From an uncultured Prevotellaceae bacterium (GTDB lineage: Bacteria; Bacteroidota; Bacteroidia; Bacteroidales; Bacteroidaceae), in NCBI GenBank assembly GCA_946540735.1, contig CAMNIN010000005.1:43953-107952 (forward strand): a DNA stretch of 64,000 nucleotides, written 5' to 3'. The notes below the pieces were generated by a model. The model did not search any database and was not told the DNA's origin. It saw nothing but the letters and a program-made list of their open reading frames with translations. A program made the translations under genes and the position numbers. Positions 18,974 to 27,857 of this stretch are shown here, piece by piece (position 1 is the first letter of the stretch; every line of letters starts with the position of its first letter).

Positions 18974-18981
18974 TACTTTTG
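18974..18981 (+). promoter_or_regulatory. -7 promoter box (TACTTTTG) upstream of rpoD
   Basis: It matches TAnnTTTG 23 nt upstream of the ATG at 19004. Confidence 0.5.
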
Positions 18982-19003
18982 CATTCACTTAGACTTTTGC
19001 CAC

Positions 19004-19867
19004 ATGAGACAACTGAAAATCACGCAATCGATCACAAATCGAGAGAGCGCATCGCTCGACAAGTATCTTCAGGAAATCGGCCGCGAGGAACTCATCTCGG
19101 TAGAGGAAGAAGTGGAGTTAGCCCAGCGCATCCGCAGGGGTGACCGCAAAGCCTTGGAGAAGCTTACCCGCGCCAACCTCCGTTTCGTGGTCTCTGTGGC
19201 GAAGCAATACCAGAACCACGGTCTGAGCCTTCCCGACCTGATCAATGAGGGCAACCTGGGTCTGATCAAGGCAGCGGAGAAATTCGATGAGACCAGAGGT
19301 TTCAAATTCATCTCCTATGCCGTGTGGTGGATCCGGCAGAGCATCCTCCAAGCCATCGCTGAGCAGAGCCGCATCGTGAGACTGCCGCTCAACCAAGTCG
19401 GATCGGTCAACAAGATCAACAAAGTGCTCAACCAGTTTGAGCAGGAGCATGAGCGCCGTCCGAGCCTCGACGAGCTGGCCGCTTCTGTCGACTTGCCTGA
19501 AGACAAGATCGAAGACGCACTGAAGGTGAACACCCGCCACATCTCCGTCGATGCTCCCTTCGTGGATGGGGAGGAGAACAGCCTGCTCGACATCCTGCCC
19601 AACACCGACTCTCCCATGGCCGACAACGAACTCGTGATGGAGTCGCTCCGCAATGAGATCAACCGTGCCCTGCTCACCCTCAACGAGCGTGAGCGCCGCA
19701 TCATCGAAGCCTTCTTCGGCATCAACCAACCAGAGATGACCCTGGAGGAGATCGGCGAGAAGTTTGGCCTCACGCGGGAGCGAGTGCGCCAGATCAAGGA
19801 GAAAGCCATCCGCCGTCTGCGTCATAACACCAAAAACAAGTTGCTCAAGTCATATCTTGGCCAATAA
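19004..19867 (+). CDS. rpoD: Primary RNA polymerase sigma factor (Bacteroidetes-type sigma-A)
   Basis: The internal start [28 protein letters not shown] is typical of the 287-aa Bacteroidetes RpoD. Regions 2-4 are present ([58 protein letters not shown]). Confidence 0.95.
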   Translation: MRQLKITQSITNRESASLDKYLQEIGREELISVEEEVELAQRIRRGDRKALEKLTRANLRFVVSVAKQYQNHGLSLPDLINEGNLGLIKAAEKFDETRGFKFISYAVWWIRQSILQAIAEQSRIVRLPLNQVGSVNKINKVLNQFEQEHERRPSLDELAASVDLPEDKIEDALKVNTRHISVDAPFVDGEENSLLDILPNTDSPMADNELVMESLRNEINRALLTLNERERRIIEAFFGINQPEMTLEEIGEKFGLTRERVRQIKEKAIRRLRHNTKNKLLKSYLGQ

Positions 19868-19916
19868 ATGCCATTAAGACCTTATTTTGAGGTATAAAGA
19901 TTATCAAACATATCCC

Positions 19917-20489
19917 ATGAGGAAAATCATATTCGCAACAACATTGATTGCCTTGATGCTGCATGTGCTGCCAGTGTCGGGCAAGATGCGCTGCACACCT
20001 GTCTATATCTTCGGCGTATCCGCCTCATTCAACGATTCCATCGTCTATTTCACTGAAATCCAAGTGCTCGACAGTGCATGGATTGACGAGAAGAGCGATT
20101 TCCTGGTGAAACGCAGCGAATACTCGATGCAACTGCGTGATCATTTCAAATCCCTCAGCAATTCTTCCCGCACCTGTCTGGTGGCTTTCGCTACCTCAGA
20201 AAAGGATATTCTGAAGAAATATGCGAAAATGCGCTCACAATTCGGCGACAACAAGAAAAAACATTCCCGCTCGTATGACATCCGGACTGTAGACGCCGAC
20301 GAGTTCAGATTTCAGTCTTTGGCTCCCGACGACCTTACCGAAGCCGTGACAGAAACGAGCAAGAAAGCCGTCAAGCGAGCCAAGAAGACGAAAGAGAAGA
20401 TTTCACAGGGCGTCATCAAAGAAGGGAAAAAGCGCAGCTCCAGCGATGAGGAGAGCGACGTTCCCCCATCAATGCCCCCACGCCATTAA
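19917..20489 (+). CDS. Hypothetical secreted protein with a basic/acidic disordered tail
   Basis: I use the internal start MRKIIFATTLIALMLHVLPVSG, which is a signal peptide. I recognise no domain. It lies 56 nt upstream of the HprK-like gene. Confidence 0.45.
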   Translation: MRKIIFATTLIALMLHVLPVSGKMRCTPVYIFGVSASFNDSIVYFTEIQVLDSAWIDEKSDFLVKRSEYSMQLRDHFKSLSNSSRTCLVAFATSEKDILKKYAKMRSQFGDNKKKHSRSYDIRTVDADEFRFQSLAPDDLTEAVTETSKKAVKRAKKTKEKISQGVIKEGKKRSSSDEESDVPPSMPPRH

Positions 20490-20545
20490 TGCAAACGGCA
20501 TTCGCGAATTGACAGAACCCATCCAAACCACAAAACAACATCACA

Positions 20546-21445
20546 ATGAACGAAACGAGGTATTTCGAGATCGGCGAGCTCTTCATCAAGATCACTTTCG
20601 TCGATAACAAATACAACAACATGGGTATGCTCACCTCATTCTTCCCCTTCATGGTGAGTGAGAAGCCCGACGATGAGCTTATACTCGACATCACGGTGGA
20701 CGACACGCTGAAACCCATAGAGAAGAGCCGACGCGACCGCATACGCGATTTTGAGTCTGGCAACGGCAATATCATCGTCGACCTGATAGAGGGTGGAGGC
20801 TACCAGTTTATCTTCAAGGACCCCCGCGGCGCTGAATGCGGCATGTTTCAGATCGACAAAAGCTGCAAATATGTGAAGGCTGCCCTCAACGGCACTTTTG
20901 ACATGCGCAAGTTTGGTCTCCAATCCACCATGATGCTGTGCTACGCCATCGCCGGCTCATTCAAGCACACGGTCATGATCCATGCCTCGCTCGTGCGTCA
21001 CAACGGCTATGGCTACGCTTTTCATGCCGTGAGCGGCACTGGCAAGTCAACCCAGGTGAGCAACTGGCTTCGCTATATCCCCAACTGCGATTTGATGAAC
21101 GACGACAACCCAGTAATCCGTGTGATCGACGGCAAGGCCTATATTTACGGTTCACCTTGGAGCGGCAAGACCACTTGCTACAGGAAAATCAAAGCTCCTC
21201 TCGGTGCGCTGACCCGCATCGACCGTGACGACCACAACTGGGTGGAGAAATTGTCACCCATTCAGGGTTTCACCTCTGTTCTCCCATCATGCAGTTCGCT
21301 GAAATGGGACATTCCTGTCTACCGCAACGTGTGCGACACTGTCACCAAGATCGTGGAAAACGTCGGTACCTATATCCTGCACTGCCTGCCCGACAGGGAA
21401 GCTGCTGAGGTGTGTCACGCCGGCATCGCCGTGAAGGAGGCGTAA
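20546..21445 (+). CDS. HPr-kinase C-terminal-domain-like P-loop protein (putative peptide/protein kinase)
   Basis: The 299-aa ORF contains IHASLVRHNGYGYAFHAVSGTGKSTQVSNWL...MNDDNPVI...YGSPWSGK. This follows the HprK/PEPCK-fold pattern (hHa..v...g.g.l..G.SG.GKS ... DD). Confidence 0.6.
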   Translation: MNETRYFEIGELFIKITFVDNKYNNMGMLTSFFPFMVSEKPDDELILDITVDDTLKPIEKSRRDRIRDFESGNGNIIVDLIEGGGYQFIFKDPRGAECGMFQIDKSCKYVKAALNGTFDMRKFGLQSTMMLCYAIAGSFKHTVMIHASLVRHNGYGYAFHAVSGTGKSTQVSNWLRYIPNCDLMNDDNPVIRVIDGKAYIYGSPWSGKTTCYRKIKAPLGALTRIDRDDHNWVEKLSPIQGFTSVLPSCSSLKWDIPVYRNVCDTVTKIVENVGTYILHCLPDREAAEVCHAGIAVKEA

Positions 21446-21462
21446 CTTAAGCTATCCAGACC

Positions 21463-22068
21463 ATGCTCAACCGCAACAACAGTTTTTTCAAGTGGCTCCA
21501 CACTCATGACGGTGGCCAGAAGGTGATTCGACAACGAGGTACGAAGAACATCCCGCTTGAGAACCGCCTCTTCTTCCCCGTCATCGTGGAATACATCAAA
21601 GACGGACACACCGTGACCATCAACCTCCGAGGCAACAGCATGCGTCCCTTCCTGGAATCGGAACGCGACCGCGCCATGCTGACCCGCCCAGAACATCTGC
21701 GCGTCGGCGACCCCGTCTTGGCTGAGATAGAACCGGGGCATTTCGTGCTTCACCGTATCCGCAAGATGGAAGGAGACAACGTGACACTGATGGGTGATGG
21801 CAACCTCAACTGCGAATATTGCAAGGTGGAGGATTTCCGAGCCGGAGTGATCGGTTTCTACCGCAAGGGACGCAACACCATCGACCGCACAGACGGCATG
21901 AAATGGAAAGTGTACTCCTGGTTTTGGACGCACCTGCGACCCTTCCGCCGCTACCTGCTTGCCGCATACCGTTACATCTGGCTCAACCTGTTTCCTCTGA
22001 AATATCCCAAATACGCCAACGAGATACAGTTAGACCAACCCACAGCCTATAAGATCAAGAAACAATAA
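21463..22068 (+). CDS. SipW/Sec11-type (S26B-like, Ser/His) signal-peptidase-family protein
   Basis: The 201-aa ORF has the blocks GNSMRPF (Ser box), VLHRI (His box, compare SipW VTHRI) and MGDGN (compare SipW KGDNN). It has an amphipathic, aromatic C-terminal tail. Confidence 0.65.
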   Translation: MLNRNNSFFKWLHTHDGGQKVIRQRGTKNIPLENRLFFPVIVEYIKDGHTVTINLRGNSMRPFLESERDRAMLTRPEHLRVGDPVLAEIEPGHFVLHRIRKMEGDNVTLMGDGNLNCEYCKVEDFRAGVIGFYRKGRNTIDRTDGMKWKVYSWFWTHLRPFRRYLLAAYRYIWLNLFPLKYPKYANEIQLDQPTAYKIKKQ

Positions 22069-22086
22069 AACCATCATTTCCAAATT

Positions 22087-22374
22087 ATGAAAGCAAAAAA
22101 AGGATTCAACCTGCGTGAGATCTGCGGTGAGCAGATCATCGTAGCAGAAGGTAGAGAGAACATTGATTTCACTAATATCATCAGCATGAACGAATCATCG
22201 GCTCTGTTGTGGAGAAGCGTTCAGGACAAAGAGTTCACCGTCGACGACTTGGCAGACATCCTCGTCGAAAACTACATGATCGATGAGAACACCCCACTCG
22301 ACCGCGAGCGCGCCCTGAAAGACTCACAGGCCATGCTTGATAAATGGATCGAGGCTGGCATCGTCGAAGAGTAG
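22087..22374 (+). CDS. PqqD-family protein (RRE-like peptide-binding domain)
   Basis: The 95-aa ORF shows the PqqD pattern: MNESSALLWRSV..EFTVDDLADILVENY....ALKDSQAMLDKWIEAGIVE. Confidence 0.65.
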   Translation: MKAKKGFNLREICGEQIIVAEGRENIDFTNIISMNESSALLWRSVQDKEFTVDDLADILVENYMIDENTPLDRERALKDSQAMLDKWIEAGIVEE

Positions 22375-22406
22375 GCCAAATTCTGTTCTTTACCAGATAT
22401 AGGAAA

Positions 22407-22438
22407 GGGGCATGTCATGATACCACATGGCATGCCCC
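22407..22438. terminator. Bidirectional hairpin between the convergent PqqD and GH51 genes
   Basis: The 8-bp GC-rich stem is ggggcatg / catgcccc. A T-rich run follows on the plus strand and an A/T-rich flank on the other. Confidence 0.5.
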
Positions 22439-22466
22439 CTTTTCTTGCTCAGCTGTCGCATCTGAT

Positions 22467-24455
22467 TCATAGTGCGATCTGCCACATCGTGATGGAGTAA
22501 GGAGCGACGTCGACCGTCATTTTATTCTTCACCTTCACGGTCTCGGTCTGTGGCTTCACTGGCTGCTGGCTGTCATTGTTCTCATCATCCGGCTGACCTG
22601 CGATCACCGTCTTTGTGGCCACACTCTTGAGGCCCTTGAAACGCGAGAGGTCGATGGATGCACGCTTGGCTTCGGCACCTGCATTGCAGATCTTGACAAA
22701 GAGCTGGCGTGTCTTGGTGTTCAGCACCACCGACTGGCCCTGTAAGTTGGAAGCATCCTGGATATCGACACAATCCCCATAGAAATAATTACCCGAAGAC
22801 AGGCCGAACATCTGCTGCACATAATAGCTGCAAGTGAGGAATGTCTTATCATTGTCGAAATAGATCAGGTCGGGGTTCCAGTTCGTGGCATTCTTGCGGG
22901 CGAAGAGCGGTGCATAGGATGTCATGCACACCACATCGCCGTTGCGCTCCACATGGAGGAGATACAGTCCCTCAGCCAAGGCATCAATAAGCTTCTTGTC
23001 TTTAGCGGCATACTCACCCAAGTAGACTTTCGTCTTACGGTCACGAGGATAGTTGTCATACTGCCGGCTCTTAAGGAAATAGTCGCGTGGCTCATAATAA
23101 TGCTCGTCAAGAATGGGCAGACCGATTTCATCAGCCAGTTTCCATCCCTCCTCAAAGTCGCGGTTGCCTGGATGTGAGCCTGGCCCTGCCGTTCCCACAA
23201 TGATGATTTCAGGATGGGCAGCCCTCACCTTATTATAAATATACTTGAAACGCTCGATGAACTCTGGAGAGATACGCTCTTCATTGCCCAGACCAAGGTA
23301 TTTCAGGTTGAAGGGTTTGGGATGCCCTGCCTCTGCACGCACGCGTCCCCATTTGGTGTTCACATCACCATTGGCCCACTCGATCAAGTCAAGTGCCTCG
23401 TCTACCCATTCGTCCATCTGGTCCATCGGCACCCAATCCTGAGCCTGGTCTTTCATGCCCCAGCCACCATTGGTTCCCTGGCAACTGACACCACAAGGGA
23501 GGATGGGCAGTGGTTCCATACCCACGTCCTCGCAGAACTGGAAGTACTCGAAATACCCCAATCCCATCGACTGATGGTAGCCCCAAGTGTTCTTCAGTCC
23601 ACGACGCTGCTCCTTGGGACCCACGGTCGTTTTCCAACGATAGGTATCCCAGAATCCATCGCCGCCACCATGCACCACGCATCCCCCGGGGAAACGCATG
23701 AATTTCGGATGAAGAGCCTCGAGTGCCTCGGCCAGGTCTTTCCGAAGTCCATGGCCCTTATAAGTATCCTGTGGCATCAGCGATACCATGTCGATATCCA
23801 AAGTACCCGTGGAAAGTGCCAGAATCTGCAAAGAAGCCTTGGCGGCATTCTCCTTTGCCACCAACTGCGCTTCATACTTCTTCCAGTCCGAGGAGTTGAC
23901 ATCGATCACGGCATCCGCAATCAGTTTGGGATCTCTCCCCCACCCCTGTGGCTCGACCAATGCCACACGTACTTGTTTTGCCTCCCCCTTCACATTGCGC
24001 AGGAAAGCCGAAAAATTATACTGTGCCCCGGCCTTGACCGAGATACCGTCGAAACCATCGTTCTGGATGCCGAAACCTGTCCATCCCTTGAAATCGTAGT
24101 AATGCCCCACGCGCTCAATGAAGAGCCGCATGAAAACCGGGTTGTTGGGGTGAATCGGATTCTCAGAGAGCGGTTGGAGATGTCCGAGGGAGTGCCCGGG
24201 CCGTATCATCCGCCAGGCGGTGCCTGGTCCCCACCCGTCACGCTCGGTCGGATTGAACTCAAAAGATCCGTTCTGGATCAGTTCAGCATACAGTCCACCA
24301 TCGGCGGCACTGCTGATATCTTCGAAGAAGATGCCGATAAGTTCATCACTGATCGCCTTTCCTCCAGCGGGGGGCGACACAGGTTTCTGGGCTGAAACGC
24401 CCCAAGCGGCTGCCAGTCCGACAGCCAATAGAGAAGCTCGTCTAAACATAGTCAT
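22467..24455 (-). CDS. GH51 alpha-L-arabinofuranosidase with an N-terminal CBM-like domain
   Basis: The 662-aa ORF has a signal peptide. Typical blocks are IGIFFEDISSAADGGLYAELIQNGSFEF, RFPGGC and LGLGNEE (acid/base Glu). Confidence 0.85.
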   Translation of the reverse strand: MTMFRRASLLAVGLAAAWGVSAQKPVSPPAGGKAISDELIGIFFEDISSAADGGLYAELIQNGSFEFNPTERDGWGPGTAWRMIRPGHSLGHLQPLSENPIHPNNPVFMRLFIERVGHYYDFKGWTGFGIQNDGFDGISVKAGAQYNFSAFLRNVKGEAKQVRVALVEPQGWGRDPKLIADAVIDVNSSDWKKYEAQLVAKENAAKASLQILALSTGTLDIDMVSLMPQDTYKGHGLRKDLAEALEALHPKFMRFPGGCVVHGGGDGFWDTYRWKTTVGPKEQRRGLKNTWGYHQSMGLGYFEYFQFCEDVGMEPLPILPCGVSCQGTNGGWGMKDQAQDWVPMDQMDEWVDEALDLIEWANGDVNTKWGRVRAEAGHPKPFNLKYLGLGNEERISPEFIERFKYIYNKVRAAHPEIIIVGTAGPGSHPGNRDFEEGWKLADEIGLPILDEHYYEPRDYFLKSRQYDNYPRDRKTKVYLGEYAAKDKKLIDALAEGLYLLHVERNGDVVCMTSYAPLFARKNATNWNPDLIYFDNDKTFLTCSYYVQQMFGLSSGNYFYGDCVDIQDASNLQGQSVVLNTKTRQLFVKICNAGAEAKRASIDLSRFKGLKSVATKTVIAGQPDDENNDSQQPVKPQTETVKVKNKMTVDVAPYSITMWQIAL

Positions 24456-24676
24456 TAATATAGTTTTTAAAGTTTTTTGCGAAGATACTCAGAATCTTCC
24501 AAACTGGCAATAGCAGCAACCATTTGGTGACAAATCATGAAGAAATTGATACAGGATTTACCAGAATGGCACAAAAACGAAACAGGTCTGAGACACCCAG
24601 AGCAACATGAAGAGACACCCAAAATCTTTTATACAGCAAAAACAACAATTCATCGTTGTAATTCAGAATATTTTCC

Positions 24677-24684
24677 TATATTTG
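24677..24684 (+). promoter_or_regulatory. -7 promoter box (TATATTTG) upstream of ridA
   Basis: It matches TAnnTTTG about 80 nt upstream of the ATG at 24764. Confidence 0.35.
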
Positions 24685-24763
24685 CATCACGCAGCCAATG
24701 ACAAGCATCGGAGGCCATTCACGCAATAAGCTAACATCCAATCACACAAAAAAAATAAGCAAC

Positions 24764-25150
24764 ATGAAAGTCATCAACACATCCAATGCCCCAGCCGCAA
24801 TTGGCCCATACAGCCAAGCTATCCAAGTAGGAAATCTCATTTACACCTCAGGTCAGCTGCCCATAGACCCGAGCACTGGTCAATTCCCAGAAGGTGGCAT
24901 CAAGGAACAGACACGCCAATCTCTTCTCAACGTGCAGGCAATCCTGCAAGAGGCCGGTCTGGGTATGAGCAATATCGTTAAGACCACTGTCTTCATGGCA
25001 GATATGGGCGACTTCGCAGATATGAACAGTGTCTATGCGGAGTTTTTCACCATGCCTTATCCCACCCGTTCCGCTGTGGCCGTGAAAACGCTGCCGAAAG
25101 GTGCTTTGGTAGAGATCGAAGTCGTCGCGGCATGTTTGGACAAGGGCTAA
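24764..25150 (+). CDS. ridA: RidA/YjgF-family reactive-intermediate deaminase
   Basis: The internal start MKVINTSNAPAAIGPYSQAIQVGNLIYTSGQLP is a canonical RidA N-terminus. PTRSAVAVKTLPKGALVEIE is present near the C-terminus. Confidence 0.9.
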   Translation: MKVINTSNAPAAIGPYSQAIQVGNLIYTSGQLPIDPSTGQFPEGGIKEQTRQSLLNVQAILQEAGLGMSNIVKTTVFMADMGDFADMNSVYAEFFTMPYPTRSAVAVKTLPKGALVEIEVVAACLDKG

Positions 25151-25210
25151 TCGAGACATCCAGGCACAGGATAATGCTCTGACGGTCAGAGAGATGAAAA
25201 ATCAAAAAGA

Positions 25211-25247
25211 AACCGCAAGGACTTGTCTTGACAGAGTCCTTGCGGTT
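25211..25247. terminator. Bidirectional terminator between ridA and the TonB-C gene
   Basis: The 13-bp perfect stem is aaccgcaaggact / agtccttgcggtt. It is flanked by A-runs and T-runs. Confidence 0.65.
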
Positions 25248-25288
25248 TTATAGGAACAACGTGACTTGAAAAGCTGGAAAAGTGGGAG

Positions 25289-25678
25289 TCAGGAGGCGAT
25301 GAAGGAGAAAGGAAGGGTGAATTTCACGCTCACGTTTCTTCCATTCTGAATGGCAGGAATCCATTGTGGCATCATACTTAATCGGTTGACGAGCTCATCT
25401 GCAAACATCGGGTCAGATGATTCCTCAACTTGAATGTTGTCTACGAATCCATTCTCATCGATGACGAAGGAGACGACAACCCGTCCCGCAACAAAATTGA
25501 GGTCCGACATCATCGGATAGGAGATATTGTTTTCAATCCAGTCGGCAAGTGCTTGGTCACCACCAACGAATTGAGGCATCTGCTCCTGAACATTGTTCTC
25601 GGCATTGATATCCTGAGCGGTTGCAAACTGGAAAGACATCAAGCAAACGGCGATCACTGCTAAAATCTTTTTCATCAT
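25289..25678 (-). CDS. Small secreted TonB C-terminal-domain protein
   Basis: The 129-aa ORF has a signal peptide. It shows the TonB_C pattern (MPQFVGGDQALADWIENNISYP...GRVVVSFVIDENG...). A TATCTTTG box lies at 25725-25732 (-). Confidence 0.7.
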   Translation of the reverse strand: MMKKILAVIAVCLMSFQFATAQDINAENNVQEQMPQFVGGDQALADWIENNISYPMMSDLNFVAGRVVVSFVIDENGFVDNIQVEESSDPMFADELVNRLSMMPQWIPAIQNGRNVSVKFTLPFSFIAS

Positions 25679-26289
25679 GAATAGTTTTAAATGTTAATAT
25701 TGGGGTTAATGATTATTTCTGATGCAAAGATAAGGATGAAAAAGACAGTGGTGAAATGGTTTTCGACGAGCTGCTGGTTTTTTTTCGACGAAAAGCAAAA
25801 AAAAATGACCCCCGCCAATTCCTGCACCTCACGGTGGAGGAATTTTTGGGTGTCACAGAATTAAAAGATCAGCATTGAAAAATTTTCTTTCTTGTTTAAT
25901 ACCCTGAAACTAACACTCAAATTATCCTGTTGAGTAAAAATATGAATTAATCTATGAGAATAATCTTATAGCCGTACTTTCACACTTGCAGTACGGGGAG
26001 GAATAAGCCCAACAAAGAAACCCATGTCGCCTATGTATCCTCACCGGCGTATGAATCCCATCGTCGTTATCGCAAAGCATGACAAGGACGCTATTATCCC
26101 TATCATCAAGCAATACTAATCGTCAAAGTCGTGTTTATTCCTCAATCAATTATGACGCAAAAATAATACAATTTCACGACATCAGCAAAGAAAACCTCTT
26201 TTTTTTTGAATTTGTGCCGAAAAAACGACGCCCAGACTGCATTATTCGCCAAAAAAGACGTAATATTTGGTATTTCACTGAAGATTTCA

Positions 26290-26297
26290 TAATTTTG
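26290..26297 (+). promoter_or_regulatory. -7 promoter box (TAATTTTG) upstream of the phosphatase gene
   Basis: It matches TAnnTTTG 30 nt upstream of the ATG at 26327. Confidence 0.45.
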
Positions 26298-26326
26298 CAA
26301 AATAACATCATCAATACACGACATAC

Positions 26327-27820
26327 ATGAAAAAGATTCTCATGAGCATCCTATTGCTCATTGGTTGTGTCCAGACGACCTGGGCAGAAAAAGTAGAAAG
26401 GCCCAAACTCGTGGTGGGCATCGTAGTAGACCAAATGCGATGGGACTACCTCTATTATTATTATGATCAGTATGGTGAGGATGGACTGAAACGGCTGTTG
26501 AAGGACGGCTTCAGCTGCGAGAACACGATGATCAACTACGTACCCACCGTGACTGCTATCGGCCACTCAACGACCTATACAGGTTCGGTGCCGGCCCTGA
26601 CAGGCATTGCCGGCAACAATTTTTACCTGAATGGCAAAAACGTGACCAGTGTGACCGACACCACCGTATATGCTGTGGGCAGTGACAAAGCGAGCCGCTA
26701 CGGCAAATGCTCGCCCAGGAACATGCTGGCCAACACCATCGGTGACCAGTTGAAAATAGCCACGGATTTCAAATCAAAAGTCATCGGCGTGGCACTCAAG
26801 GACCGGGCTTCTATTCTCCCCGCCGGACACGCCGCCGATGCCGCTTATTGGTGGGACGAAAAAGCCGGACATTTCATCACCAGCAGTTACTACATGGAGC
26901 AACTGCCTCGTTGGATGGAGACTTTCAACCGTAATCATCATACCGAGTCGGGCTTTGACATCAAGACCTCGACAAAAGGGGTGACAATGACTTTCAAGAT
27001 GGCAGAGGAGGTGGTGCAACGCGAGCGGCTGGGCAAGCATGAGCAGACCGACATGATCGCCGTGAGCATCTCTTCGACTGATGCCATCGGACATACTTAC
27101 AGCACACGTGGCAAGGAGAACCACGACGTGTATATGCAATTGGACAAGGACCTCGCCCACTTCCTTCGTGTGCTCGACAACGAGGTGGGACGTGGCAACT
27201 ACCTGCTTTTCCTGACCGCTGACCACGGTGCCGTTCACAACGGCAATTTCCTCAACAGCCACAGACTGCCCGGAGGTGGGTATTCCGGCTCTTCCGTCGC
27301 TAAAGAACTGGACAAGCACCTGAGCACGGTTTTCGGTAAAGAGGGGAAATATGTCAAGGCAATGATGGACTGCCGCATCTACCTCGACCATGATTTTATC
27401 GACAGCAAAGGGATTGATCTCCAAGCCGTGAAAACTGAAGCAGTGAAATGGTTGAAAAAAGATCCACAGTTTGCCTACGTGACGGATTATGAGGACATCA
27501 GCAACCAGAGCATCCCGCAGTTTCTCCGCGAGCGTATCATCAACGGCTATCACCGCATGCGCAGCGGCGACCTCATGGTCGTGCTGCAGGGCAGCCACAT
27601 GTATGGCACCGTAGGCCCCGACTATAAAGGCACTTCGCACGGCACATGGAATCCTGACGACTCACATATCCCCTTGCTCTTCATGGGATGGCATGTGAAG
27701 AAAGGCAGCACGAACACCCCGACTTACATGACCGACATCGCCGCTACGGTGTGCGCCATGCTCCACATCCAGATGCCTGACTGCTGCATCGGAAACGCTA
27801 TTCAAGAAGTTTGGAAGTAA
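26327..27820 (+). CDS. Alkaline-phosphatase-superfamily phosphodiesterase/phosphatase (NPP/PafA-like)
   Basis: The 497-aa ORF has a signal peptide. Typical blocks are VVGIVVDQMRWDYL, PTVTAIGHST (nucleophile Thr region), SSTDAIGH and LTADHG. Confidence 0.8.
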   Translation: MKKILMSILLLIGCVQTTWAEKVERPKLVVGIVVDQMRWDYLYYYYDQYGEDGLKRLLKDGFSCENTMINYVPTVTAIGHSTTYTGSVPALTGIAGNNFYLNGKNVTSVTDTTVYAVGSDKASRYGKCSPRNMLANTIGDQLKIATDFKSKVIGVALKDRASILPAGHAADAAYWWDEKAGHFITSSYYMEQLPRWMETFNRNHHTESGFDIKTSTKGVTMTFKMAEEVVQRERLGKHEQTDMIAVSISSTDAIGHTYSTRGKENHDVYMQLDKDLAHFLRVLDNEVGRGNYLLFLTADHGAVHNGNFLNSHRLPGGGYSGSSVAKELDKHLSTVFGKEGKYVKAMMDCRIYLDHDFIDSKGIDLQAVKTEAVKWLKKDPQFAYVTDYEDISNQSIPQFLRERIINGYHRMRSGDLMVVLQGSHMYGTVGPDYKGTSHGTWNPDDSHIPLLFMGWHVKKGSTNTPTYMTDIAATVCAMLHIQMPDCCIGNAIQEVWK

Positions 27821-27857
27821 TTCTACAGCGAATAACAACTGAGAATTGCCCGATAGC

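Noticed and set aside
23214-24395. 393-aa plus-strand ORF
   Set aside because: It is antisense to the GH51 arabinofuranosidase gene. The sequence is low-information with no domain.
24537-24701. Approx. 54-aa ORF (MKKLIQDLPEWHKNETGL...) upstream of ridA
   Set aside because: It has no promoter box of its own and runs through the ridA promoter box. It has no paralogue or recognisable feature, so I treat it as chance.
26079-26330. 83-aa ORF in the AT-rich gap upstream of the phosphatase gene
   Set aside because: The sequence is low-complexity and Ser/Asn/Ile-rich. The ORF overlaps the phosphatase promoter box and start codon and has no supporting signals.
26774-27640. 288-aa minus-strand ORF
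   Set aside because: It is antisense to the alkaline-phosphatase-family gene and has no motifs.
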